64,000 nt of DNA, taken from an uncultured bacterium. GTDB taxonomy: Bacteria; Pseudomonadota; Gammaproteobacteria; Burkholderiales; CAIKXV01. Shown piece by piece: positions 18,177 through 26,388 of this stretch (position 1 is the first letter of the stretch; every line of letters begins with the position of its first letter). A model generated the notes under the pieces. That model saw only the letters and a list, made by a program, of their open reading frames with translations. It had not been told where the DNA came from and ran no database searches. A program made the position numbers and the translations under genes. The stretch covers positions 628 through 64,627 of the forward strand of contig CAIQON010000208.1 in NCBI GenBank assembly GCA_903873475.1, given 5' to 3'.

Positions 18177-19439
18177 TCAGGCCGCGGCGGCCTTCAGCAC
18201 GCCAGCTTCCACCAGCGCGGCGACGCGCGCGGCGTCCCAGTGCAGCACGTCGGCGAGCACGCGGGCGTTGTCTTCGCCGAGGGTCGGCGGGTAGCGGTCC
18301 GGCGGTGGCGTCTCGCCGGTGAACTTGATCGGGTTGCCGGCGACTTCGACCCGATGGCCGCGGCCGTCGTCGAGCGGCAGCACCATCTGCCGGTGCCGCA
18401 CCTGCGGATCGCTCAGTGCTCGATCGAGCGTGTTCACGCTGCCGACCGGGATGCCCTTCGCGCGGAAGCGGGTGACCCAGTGCTCCGCCGGCTGCGCGAG
18501 GAAGGCCTGGTCGAGCGCCGGGAGCAGGGTGTCGCGATTGGCATGGCGATCGCCGTTGGTCTTGTAGCGCGGATCGTCGAGCAGGTGCGCGACGCCCAGC
18601 TCGCGCGCCATGTCCTCCCACATGCGGTCGGTGTTCGCGCAGACCACGACGTTCACGCCGTCGCCGGCGATGAAGGTGCGGTAGGTGGCGAAGGAATCGT
18701 GCGCCCGGCCCTGGGTGCCGGGGACGACGCCGGCGATCAGGTGGTAGGCCGCCTGGTAGGTGAGCATCGACACCTGGCAGTCGAGCATCGAGATGTCGAT
18801 CTGCTTGCCGCGGCCGGTGTGCGTGCGCTCGAGCAGCGCCGCCTGGATCGAGATCACCGCGAACATCCCGGCCGCCAGGTCGCCCAGCGGAATGCCGGAA
18901 CGCACCGGCAGGCCGCCGCTCTCGCCGGTCAGGCTCATGCCGCCGGACAGCGCCTGCACGATCATGTCGTAGGCGGGCAGCTCACGGTACGGGCCGTCCT
19001 GCCCGAAGCCGGAGATGCTGCACCAGACCAGCCCGGGATGCGCTTGCGACAGCGCGGCCGGGTCGAGCCCGAGCTTGGCCGCGACGCCGGGACGGAAGTT
19101 CTCGATAAGCACGTCGCTCTTGAGCGCGAGCTCGCGCACCAGCGCCTTGCCGTCGGCATGCTTCATGTCGACCGCGACGCTCTGCTTGTTGCGGTTCACG
19201 CTCAGGTAGTAGGCGCTGTCACGGTCGACGAAGTACGGCGGTATGTGGCGCGACGAATCGCCGCCATGCGGCTCGACCTTGATCACCTCGGCACCGAGGT
19301 CGGCGAGGATCTGCGTCGCGTACGGACCGGACAGGAACTGGGTCAGGTCGAGCACGCGCAGGCCCTTCAGCGGCTGTGCGCCGGTGCCAGCCGGCGCGGT
19401 GGAAGGCGTGGACGCGGTGTGCTGCGCGGATTCGGGCAT
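18177..19439 (-). CDS. family III (CaiB/BaiF) CoA-transferase (420 aa)
   Basis: ORF 18177..19439. LKGLRVLDLTQFLSGPYATQILADLGAEVIKVE, ENFRPGV, and GIPLGDLAAGMFAVISIQAALLER, which contains the conserved Asp position. Confidence 0.9.
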   Translation of the reverse strand: MPESAQHTASTPSTAPAGTGAQPLKGLRVLDLTQFLSGPYATQILADLGAEVIKVEPHGGDSSRHIPPYFVDRDSAYYLSVNRNKQSVAVDMKHADGKALVRELALKSDVLIENFRPGVAAKLGLDPAALSQAHPGLVWCSISGFGQDGPYRELPAYDMIVQALSGGMSLTGESGGLPVRSGIPLGDLAAGMFAVISIQAALLERTHTGRGKQIDISMLDCQVSMLTYQAAYHLIAGVVPGTQGRAHDSFATYRTFIAGDGVNVVVCANTDRMWEDMARELGVAHLLDDPRYKTNGDRHANRDTLLPALDQAFLAQPAEHWVTRFRAKGIPVGSVNTLDRALSDPQVRHRQMVLPLDDGRGHRVEVAGNPIKFTGETPPPDRYPPTLGEDNARVLADVLHWDAARVAALVEAGVLKAAAA

Positions 19440-19451
19440 CGGGTCTGCTCC

Positions 19452-20225
19452 TCAGGCGCTCTCTCGGGCGCGGTAGCCCAGCCCCGCGGACAGTTCGGCG
19501 GCGAGGCGGCAGGCCTCGCGCGCGAACTCGGCTTCGCGGGCCGGTTCGAATCGTTGTTCCGGAATGGTGAAGCCGAGCGAGCCGGTGACGCGGCCACCCG
19601 CGCCGTATACCGGCGCGAAGATGCCGACCGCCCCGGCGATGCGCTGCCCGAACGACAGCGCATAGCCGCGCGCCCGGATCGCCGCCAGTTCCTGCGCGAG
19701 GTCGAGATGGCCAGCCAGGCCTTCGCGTGCGAGCACAGCCGTGACCTCGTCCGGCGGCAGGAAGGCCAGGATCGAGCGTCCGGATGCGCCGGTCAGCAGG
19801 GTCTGCGGTTCATGACTGCGCACCCGGTAGCCCAGCGGATGAGTCGATTCGACGTGGGACGCAAACGTGAGCCGGCGCTCGCGCGGCAGGTACAGGCACA
19901 GGTAGGCGGTCTCGTTTACCGAGGCGACCGCCTGCTCGAGCAGTGGCGCGGCGATCGCCTGCAGCGGATGGCGACTCATGACCACCGAGGAAAGCCTCAG
20001 GAATTCGCGTCCCGTACGGTAAGTGGGCGCTTCTTCATCGCGCTCGACCATACCTTCGCGCATCAGCAGGTCGAGCAGCCGGTGCACCGTCGAGGCGGGC
20101 AGGCCGAGATCGGCACTGATCCGCTTGATCTGCGTGCCATCGCCCGACTCAGCCACCGCGCGCAGCACCGCGACGGCACGCGCGACGGTGCCGGAATCGG
20201 CAGGCTGGCGCTGGGGCTCAGACAT
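19452..20225 (-). CDS. IclR-family transcriptional regulator (257 aa)
   Basis: ORF 19452..20225. N-terminal wHTH VARAVAVLRAVAES...IKRISADLGLPASTVHRLLDLL, followed by an IclR effector domain. Confidence 0.9.
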   Translation of the reverse strand: MSEPQRQPADSGTVARAVAVLRAVAESGDGTQIKRISADLGLPASTVHRLLDLLMREGMVERDEEAPTYRTGREFLRLSSVVMSRHPLQAIAAPLLEQAVASVNETAYLCLYLPRERRLTFASHVESTHPLGYRVRSHEPQTLLTGASGRSILAFLPPDEVTAVLAREGLAGHLDLAQELAAIRARGYALSFGQRIAGAVGIFAPVYGAGGRVTGSLGFTIPEQRFEPAREAEFAREACRLAAELSAGLGYRARESA

Positions 20226-20265
20226 CGGGGTCAGACACCGGGGTCAGACACGGAGGTCAGACCCC
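20213..20265. repeat. four tandem copies of a 13-14 nt unit (GGGGTCAGACACC-like)
   Basis: Units: GGGGCTCAGACATC (20213-20226), GGGGTCAGACACC (20227-20239), GGGGTCAGACACG (20240-20252), GAGGTCAGACCCC (20253-20265). The array spans the iclR start codon, the whole 31-nt intergenic gap and the thiolase stop codon. Confidence 0.85.
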
Positions 20266-21408
20266 GAACAGGTGGATCGCGCAGGCGCCGTGGTCGAAGC
20301 CGGAGGTACCACCGCCGGTGACATGGGTCAGCCCGACCTTCGCGCCCTCGACCTGGCGGCTGCCGCAGCGTCCCTGCAGCTGGCGCACGATCTCGACGAT
20401 CTGGGCCGCACCGCTGGCACCGACCGGATGGCCCTTGGACAGCAGGCCGCCGCTCGGATTCACCGGTACCCGCCCGCCGAGCGAGGTGGTGCCATCGCGC
20501 AGCAGCCGCACCGCTTCGCCGCGCGGGCAAAGGCCGAGTGCTTCGTAGTACAGCAGCTCGGCGATGGTGAAGGCGTCATGGCACTCGAGCACGTCGATGT
20601 CTTCCGGGCCGATGCCGGTCTCTTCGTACAGTTCACCCGAGCAGCGGCTGGTGATCTCGGGCGTGGTCATGTCGCGGAAGCCAGGGATGTACCTGCCCGA
20701 GGCGAGATGCGAACCGAGCACCTTCACCGGCCGGTCGGAGTGGGCGGCTGCGCGTTCGGTCGGGCAGATCACCACCGCGGCTGCGCCGTCGCCGGTCGGG
20801 CAGCACTGCAGCAGGGTCAGCGGGTCGGCGATGCGGCGCGAGGCGAGCACTTCCTCGACCGTGGTCTCGGTGCGGAACTGCGCATCGGGATTCAGCGCGC
20901 CATGGCGGCGCGCCTTCACCGCGACCTGCGCGAGATCCTGCTCGGTCGCACCGTAGTCGTGCAGGTAGCGCTGCGCACGCATCGCATACAGCGCCGGCAT
21001 CACCATGCCGTTCGACACTTCGATGTCGTCCTGGTCGAGTGGCAGCGTGCCGCCGCCGAGCTTGGTGAGCTGTTCGACGCCGAACACCAGCACGTAGTCG
21101 TACAGGCCGGCAGCCACCGCCACCCAGGCTTCGCGGAAGGCGGTCGCGCTGCTGGAACAGGCGTTCTCGCAGTTGACCACTGGCACGCCGCTCATGCCGG
21201 TGTCGCGCGCGACGCGCTGCCCAGGCATCCAGCCGGAGGTGGCGGTACCGGCGTAGATCGCCTCGATCTGCTTCGGCTCGAGCCTTGCCTCGCGCAGTGC
21301 GTCACGCACGGCAGGCTGGGCGAGGGCGGGCACGGTGAGGTCGCGGTGTTTCCCGAACTTGATCATGCCGGTGCCGATCACCGACACGGGACGCAGGTTG
21401 GCGTGCAT
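20257..21408 (-). CDS. thiolase-like (SCP-x / lipid-transfer type) protein (383 aa)
   Basis: C-terminal part of ORF 20257..23208. ATG at 21408 with GGAGGA upstream. VVNCENACSSSATAF (Cys nucleophile region), ECHDAFT, NPSGGLLSKGHPVGASG. Confidence 0.85.
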   Translation of the reverse strand: MHANLRPVSVIGTGMIKFGKHRDLTVPALAQPAVRDALREARLEPKQIEAIYAGTATSGWMPGQRVARDTGMSGVPVVNCENACSSSATAFREAWVAVAAGLYDYVLVFGVEQLTKLGGGTLPLDQDDIEVSNGMVMPALYAMRAQRYLHDYGATEQDLAQVAVKARRHGALNPDAQFRTETTVEEVLASRRIADPLTLLQCCPTGDGAAAVVICPTERAAAHSDRPVKVLGSHLASGRYIPGFRDMTTPEITSRCSGELYEETGIGPEDIDVLECHDAFTIAELLYYEALGLCPRGEAVRLLRDGTTSLGGRVPVNPSGGLLSKGHPVGASGAAQIVEIVRQLQGRCGSRQVEGAKVGLTHVTGGGTSGFDHGACAIHLFGV

Positions 21409-21434
21409 CAGCAGTCCTCCAGGGGCGCCGCCGC

Positions 21435-21881
21435 TCAGGCGGGCGCGAACCAGTAGCGGTAGGTGGGGGCAGCCGCGCTCGCGTCTGCAGCAGCGTCTTT
21501 CTCGACATGTACGCGTACCGTGAGGTCGGGCGCCAGCCCGGCGGCGACGCCATCGGTGCCGGCGACCTTGCCGAACACGCGCACGCCTTCCGGCAGGTCG
21601 ACATAGCCGATCACGTAGGGCACCTGCCAGACAGCCGGCGCGACATGGACGGTGGAATAGGCGTAGAGCGTACCGGTGGCGCCCAGGGGCAGCGGCTTCA
21701 GCTGCTCGGCATTGCAGGATGGGCAGACCGGCGCAGCCGGGAAGATGCGGGTACCGCAGGCGGTGCATTCGGCGCCGGACAGGTGCAGTTCGCCTGCGGC
21801 GCCATGGATGACGTCGGCGGCACGCAGCGGGCGACCGATGTGGGGCGCGTTGCGCACGGGGGCGGGTGCCGGGGCGGGCAT
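21435..21881 (-). CDS. DUF35 Zn-ribbon/OB-fold protein (148 aa)
   Basis: ORF 21435..21881, AGGAGG upstream. Zn ribbon CTACGTRIFPAAPVCPSC, followed by an OB-fold segment YVIGYVDLPEGVRVFG. Paired with a thiolase-like gene. Confidence 0.8.
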   Translation of the reverse strand: MPAPAPAPVRNAPHIGRPLRAADVIHGAAGELHLSGAECTACGTRIFPAAPVCPSCNAEQLKPLPLGATGTLYAYSTVHVAPAVWQVPYVIGYVDLPEGVRVFGKVAGTDGVAAGLAPDLTVRVHVEKDAAADASAAAPTYRYWFAPA

Positions 21882-21984
21882 GAATCCTCCTGACTTCGGT
21901 CGCGGCTGTTTCGGGACGGCGTTCCGTTGAACGGAATCGAATTACGCTGACAGGAATCGTATCCACTGGATCGGCATGGCGCAA

Positions 21985-22024
21985 GCCCGGCCGAGCCCGA
22001 CCCGGCCCAGCCCAGCCCGGCCCA
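21985..22024. repeat. pentanucleotide tract (GCCCR)x8
   Basis: gcccg gccga gcccg acccg gccca gccca gcccg gccca, read directly. It lies in the divergent promoter region between the DUF35 operon and the ars operon. Confidence 0.75.
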
Positions 22025-22099
22025 ACATGACCCAGACCGGTCCGCGAGGGGTCGGCGCGCGCCTGCGCCGTCATGCCCGCGTCACAACCCACAGGTACA

Positions 22100-22117
22100 T
22101 TTCGATGGTCGTCGAAA
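22100..22117. promoter_or_regulatory. inverted repeat TTTCGA-N6-TCGAAA, candidate ArsR operator
   Basis: Perfect 6-bp arms, about 20 nt upstream of the gapdh start. Assignment to ArsR rests on position only. Confidence 0.25.
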
Positions 22118-22137
22118 CGTCGAATGGAGGCAGCACG

Positions 22138-23181
22138 ATGAAAGTGGGCATCAACGGCATGGGACGCATCGGCCGGCTCGCGCTGCGCGCCGCCTTCGGC
22201 GCGGCCGAGCGGCAGGCAGACGATCCGCGCGCGAACAACCGGCTGGAAGTCGTGCACCTGAACGAGATCAAGGGTGGCGCCGCGGCCACCGCACACCTGC
22301 TGGCGTTCGACACGGTGCAGGGCCGCTGGCGCGAGTCGATCGCAGCCGAGGGCGAGGCGGCGATCCGCATCGGCGAACGGCGGCTCGGCTTCTCGTCGCA
22401 TCCGGTGGCGGTCGACATCCCGTGGGGCGACCTCGGCGTCGACCTGGTGCTGGAGTGCACCGGGAAGTTCCTCACGCCCGAGACCCTGCAGGGCCACCTC
22501 GACCGCGGTGCGAAGCGGGTGATCGTCGCCGCGCCGGTGAAGGTCGGCGACGTGCTGAACATCGTGGTCGGCGTGAACGAAGGGCTGTACGACCCGGCGC
22601 ACAACCGGATCGTCACGGCCGCCTCCTGCACCACCAACTGCCTGGCGCCCGTGGTGAAGGTGGTGCACGAGGCGATCGGCATTCGCCATGGGCAGATCAC
22701 CACCATCCACGATCCGACCAACACCAACGTGGTGGTGGACGCGCCGCACAAGGACCTGCGCCGCGCACGCAGCGCGATGCAGAGCCTGGCACCGACCACC
22801 ACCGGCAGCGCGACCGCCATCGCGCTGATCTACCCGGAGCTCAAGGGCAAGCTGAACGGGCATGCGGTACGCGCACCGGTGCTGAACGCGTCGCTGACCG
22901 ACTGCGTGTTCGAGATGCAGCGCGAGACCACCGTAGCGGAGGTGAACAGCCTGTTCGCCGACGCGGCACGCGGACCGCTGGCCGGCATCCTCGGCTACGA
23001 AGAGCGGCCGCTGGTCAGCGCCGACTATGCACGCGACACGCGCAGCTCGATCGTCGACGCGCCGTCGACGATGGTGACCGACGGCACGCTGCTCAAGGTC
23101 TACGCCTGGTACGACAACGAGATAGGCTATGCCTGCCGGATGGTCGACCTCGCCTGCCACATGCAGGCCCGCGGCATCTGA
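22138..23181 (+). CDS. gap: glyceraldehyde-3-phosphate dehydrogenase paralogue associated with arsJ (347 aa)
   Basis: Internal ATG at 22138 of ORF 21976..23181, GGAGG upstream. [20 protein letters not shown] (catalytic Cys), WYDNEIGY. First gene of the ars cluster. Confidence 0.9.
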   Translation: MKVGINGMGRIGRLALRAAFGAAERQADDPRANNRLEVVHLNEIKGGAAATAHLLAFDTVQGRWRESIAAEGEAAIRIGERRLGFSSHPVAVDIPWGDLGVDLVLECTGKFLTPETLQGHLDRGAKRVIVAAPVKVGDVLNIVVGVNEGLYDPAHNRIVTAASCTTNCLAPVVKVVHEAIGIRHGQITTIHDPTNTNVVVDAPHKDLRRARSAMQSLAPTTTGSATAIALIYPELKGKLNGHAVRAPVLNASLTDCVFEMQRETTVAEVNSLFADAARGPLAGILGYEERPLVSADYARDTRSSIVDAPSTMVTDGTLLKVYAWYDNEIGYACRMVDLACHMQARGI

Positions 23182-23191
23182 CAAGCGACCG

Positions 23192-24394
23192 ATGAGCGGC
23201 AGCCGCAACTACGCGATCGTCACCGCCGCCTACTGGGGGTTCACCCTCACCGACGGCGCGTTGCGCATGCTGGTGCTGCTGCATTTCTACAAGCTCGGCT
23301 ATTCGCCGTTCACGCTTGCCTTCCTGTTCCTGCTGTACGAGGCGGCGGGCGTGCTGGCCAACCTGGTCGGCGGCTGGCTGGCCACGCGCCATGGCATCTC
23401 GCGCATGCTGGCGATCGGGCTGTCGCTGCAGATCGCGGGCTTCCTGCTGCTGTCGCCTGGCTGGACGGCTGCGATGTCGGTGGCCTGGGTGGTGCTGGCG
23501 CAGGGCATCTGCGGCGTCGCGAAGGACCTGACCAAGACCGCGAGCAAGTCGGCGATCAAGCTCACCGCGGGCGACGCGTCCGGGCGGCTGTTCCGCTGGG
23601 TCGCCTGGTTCACCGGCAGCAAGAATGCGATGAAGGGCTTCGGCTTCTTCCTCGGCGGGCTGCTGCTCGAGGCACTCGGCTTCCGCGGCGCGCTCTGGAC
23701 GATGGCGGCATTGCTCGGCTGCGTGCTGGCCGGGGTGCTGGCCTTCGTGCCACCGCTGATGGGACGCGCGAAGGCCTCGAAGTCGCTGCGCGAACTGTTC
23801 GCGAAGAGCCGCGGCGTCAACCTGCTCGCTGCCGCACGAGTGGTGCTGTTCGGTGCGCGCGATGTCTGGTTCGTGGTGGGCGTGCCGGTGTTCCTCTATT
23901 CGTCCGGCTGGACATTCACGATGGTCGGCGCCTTCCTCGCACTGTGGACCATCGGCTACGGCCTGGTGCAGGCGATCGCGCCGTCGCTGGTCCGGCGCAG
24001 CGAGGATGGACTGTCCACCGAGGTGCCGGCTGCGCGCCTGTGGTCTGCGCTGCTCGCACTGGTCACGATCGGGCTTGCCACGGCAGTGGTACTGGACGTG
24101 CCGTCGCTCGATTGGGTAGTGGTCGGAGGCCTCGCCGTTTTCGGCTTCGCCTTCGCGGTGAACTCGTCGATCCACTCGTACCTGGTGCTGGCCTATGCCG
24201 GCTCGGAGAAGGCAGCCGAGGATGTCGGCTTCTACTACGCGGCCAATGCACTGGGCCGCTTTGGCGGCACGCTGCTGTCCGGCCTGCTCTACCAGTGGGG
24301 CGGGTTGTTCGCCACGCTGTGCGGCGCGGCGACGATGCTCGCCGTGTGCTGGGCGGTGACGCTGCTGCTGCCGACAGACCGGGCGCAGGCATGA
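23192..24394 (+). CDS. arsJ: ArsJ-type MFS organoarsenical (1-arseno-3-phosphoglycerate) efflux permease (400 aa)
   Basis: Internal ATG at 23192 of ORF 23129..24394. N-terminus YAIVTAAYWGFTLTDGALRMLVLLHFYKLGYSPFTLAFLFLLYE and 12-TM MFS-like topology. Immediately downstream of a GAPDH paralogue, the conserved pair. Confidence 0.85.
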   Translation: MSGSRNYAIVTAAYWGFTLTDGALRMLVLLHFYKLGYSPFTLAFLFLLYEAAGVLANLVGGWLATRHGISRMLAIGLSLQIAGFLLLSPGWTAAMSVAWVVLAQGICGVAKDLTKTASKSAIKLTAGDASGRLFRWVAWFTGSKNAMKGFGFFLGGLLLEALGFRGALWTMAALLGCVLAGVLAFVPPLMGRAKASKSLRELFAKSRGVNLLAAARVVLFGARDVWFVVGVPVFLYSSGWTFTMVGAFLALWTIGYGLVQAIAPSLVRRSEDGLSTEVPAARLWSALLALVTIGLATAVVLDVPSLDWVVVGGLAVFGFAFAVNSSIHSYLVLAYAGSEKAAEDVGFYYAANALGRFGGTLLSGLLYQWGGLFATLCGAATMLAVCWAVTLLLPTDRAQA

Positions 24395-24735
24395 TGGATG
24401 AATCGACTGCAGTCGCCTCGCTCGCCGCCCTCGCGCAGCCGATGCGCCTGCGCGTGTTCCGAGTGCTGGTCGGCGCGGGGCCGGCCGGGCTCACGCCAGG
24501 CGTGCTGTCGGCACTGCTCGACGTACCGCCATCGACGCTGTCGTTCCACCTGAAGGGACTCGCGCGCGCCGGGCTCGTCGCGCCGGTGCGTGAGGGGCGC
24601 CACCTGCACTACCGGCCGGCGCTCGGGCAGATGAACGCACTGCTCGGCTACCTCACCGACCATTGCTGCGAGGCGGGCGCCGCAGACGGGTGTGCGATAC
24701 AGCCGCGCGAGGCGAAGCCTTGCACGGCTTGCTGA
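24391..24735 (+). CDS. arsR: ArsR/SmtB-family arsenic-responsive repressor (114 aa)
   Basis: The ATG at 24391 overlaps the arsJ stop (ATGA). wHTH LAALAQPMRLRVFRVL...LSALLDVPPSTLSFHLKGL. C-terminal Cys cluster HCCEAGAADGC resembles the AfArsR-type As(III) site. Confidence 0.85.
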   Translation: MMDESTAVASLAALAQPMRLRVFRVLVGAGPAGLTPGVLSALLDVPPSTLSFHLKGLARAGLVAPVREGRHLHYRPALGQMNALLGYLTDHCCEAGAADGCAIQPREAKPCTAC

Positions 24736-24802
24736 GCAGGAAAGATGTCAGGACCCGTCCGGCACAGGATGGGACATACGGGGAAAACCACAGGGGACTG
24801 AG

Positions 24803-25309
24803 ATGGAAACAGCGGCGACAGACCGGATCTACAACGCATTGTTCATATGCACGCACAACTCGGCGCGCTCGATCATGGCGGAAGCCCTGCTGAACAGCCT
24901 GGCACGCGGCCGCTTCGTCGCGTACTCCGCCGGCAGCCAGCCATCGGGTACGGTGCATCCGGTCGCCCTGCAGACGATCGCACGGCTGGGCCTGGGCACG
25001 ACCGGACTGCACAGCAAGGACTGGAAGGTCTTCGCGGGCGCGGACGCACCAGCCCTCGACTTCGTGTTCACGGTCTGCGACAACGCCGCCGGCGAGACCT
25101 GCCCGGTCTGGCCAGGCCAGCCGATGACCGCGCACTGGGGCGTCGCCGACCCTTCGTTGTCACAAGGCACCGACGAGCAGGTGCTGAAAGCGTTCCGCGA
25201 TACCGCCACCGTCCTCAAGCGCAGGATCGAGCTGATGCTCGCACTGCCGATACAGGCGCTCGACCGGATCTCGCTGCAGCAGGCGGTCGACCGGATCGGG
25301 CGGGAATGA
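24803..25309 (+). CDS. arsC: arsenate reductase, LMW-phosphatase / thioredoxin-coupled type (168 aa)
   Basis: Internal ATG at 24803 of ORF 24692..25309. P-loop CTHNSARS (CX5R) and redox Cys pair VCDNAAGETCP. Confidence 0.9.
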   Translation: METAATDRIYNALFICTHNSARSIMAEALLNSLARGRFVAYSAGSQPSGTVHPVALQTIARLGLGTTGLHSKDWKVFAGADAPALDFVFTVCDNAAGETCPVWPGQPMTAHWGVADPSLSQGTDEQVLKAFRDTATVLKRRIELMLALPIQALDRISLQQAVDRIGRE

Positions 25310-25313
25310 CCGC

Positions 25314-26366
25314 ATGACGGCTTCGCAGACGGCACCTGCTCCGATGAGCGGGTTCGAGCGCTACCTCACGGTCTGGGTAATGCTGTGCATCGTGGCCGGC
25401 ATCGCCATCGGGCAGTGGTTCCCGGCGCAGGTGCAGGCGCTCGGCAGGCTCGAGGTCGCAAGGGTCAACCTGCCGGTCGGCCTGCTCATCTGGGTGATGG
25501 TGATCCCGATGCTGCTGAAGGTGGACTTCGGCGCACTCGCCCAGGTCCGCAACCACTGGCGAGGCATCGGCGTGACGCTGTTCGTGAACTGGGCGGTGAA
25601 GCCGTTCACGATGGCCCTGCTCGGCTGGATCTTCATCCGCCATGTCTTCGCGCCGTGGCTGCCGGAGGGGCAGCACGACAGCTACATGGCCGGGCTGATC
25701 CTGCTCGCTGCAGCCCCTTGCACGGCGATGGTCTTCGTGTGGAGCCGGCTCACCGGCGGGCATCCACTGTTCACGCTGTCGCAGGTGGCGCTGAACGACG
25801 TGATCATGGTGTTCGCATTCGCGCCGATCGTCGCGCTGCTGCTCGGCCTGTCGGCGATCGTGGTGCCCTGGGACACGCTGGTCGTCTCGGTCGTGCTGTA
25901 CATCGTCATCCCGGTGCTGATCGCCCAGGCGCTGCGGCGGATGCTGCTTCGACGGGGACCGCAGACGCTGGAGTCGACACTCGCAGCGATCGGTCCCTGG
26001 TCGATCGGCGCCCTGCTGGCCACGCTGGTATTGCTGTTCGGCTTCCAGGGGGAGGCGATCCTGCGCCAGCCGCTGGTGATCGCGATGCTCGCCGTTCCGA
26101 TCGTGCTGCAGGTGGTATTCAATGCCGGGCTCGCCTACTGGCTGAACCGCCGCCTCGGCGAAACGCATGCCGTGGCCTGTCCCTCGGCGCTGATCGGCGC
26201 CAGCAACTTCTTCGAGCTCGCGGTGGCCGCCGCGATCAGCCTGTTCGGCTTCGAGTCAGGCGCTGCACTGGCCACGGTCGTGGGCGTGCTGATCGAAGTA
26301 CCGCTGATGCTGCTGGTGGTGAAGGTGGTGAACGACAGCCGCGGCTGGTACGAGCGCGGCCGCTGA
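25314..26366 (+). CDS. acr3: ACR3-family arsenite efflux transporter (350 aa)
   Basis: ORF 25314..26366. FERYLTVWVMLCIVAGI..., LLIWVMVIPMLLKVDF and AAAPCTAMVFVWS are typical ACR3 segments. Confidence 0.9.
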   Translation: MTASQTAPAPMSGFERYLTVWVMLCIVAGIAIGQWFPAQVQALGRLEVARVNLPVGLLIWVMVIPMLLKVDFGALAQVRNHWRGIGVTLFVNWAVKPFTMALLGWIFIRHVFAPWLPEGQHDSYMAGLILLAAAPCTAMVFVWSRLTGGHPLFTLSQVALNDVIMVFAFAPIVALLLGLSAIVVPWDTLVVSVVLYIVIPVLIAQALRRMLLRRGPQTLESTLAAIGPWSIGALLATLVLLFGFQGEAILRQPLVIAMLAVPIVLQVVFNAGLAYWLNRRLGETHAVACPSALIGASNFFELAVAAAISLFGFESGAALATVVGVLIEVPLMLLVVKVVNDSRGWYERGR

Positions 26367-26388
26367 CCGGCGTGCGTACCTGGCCGGC

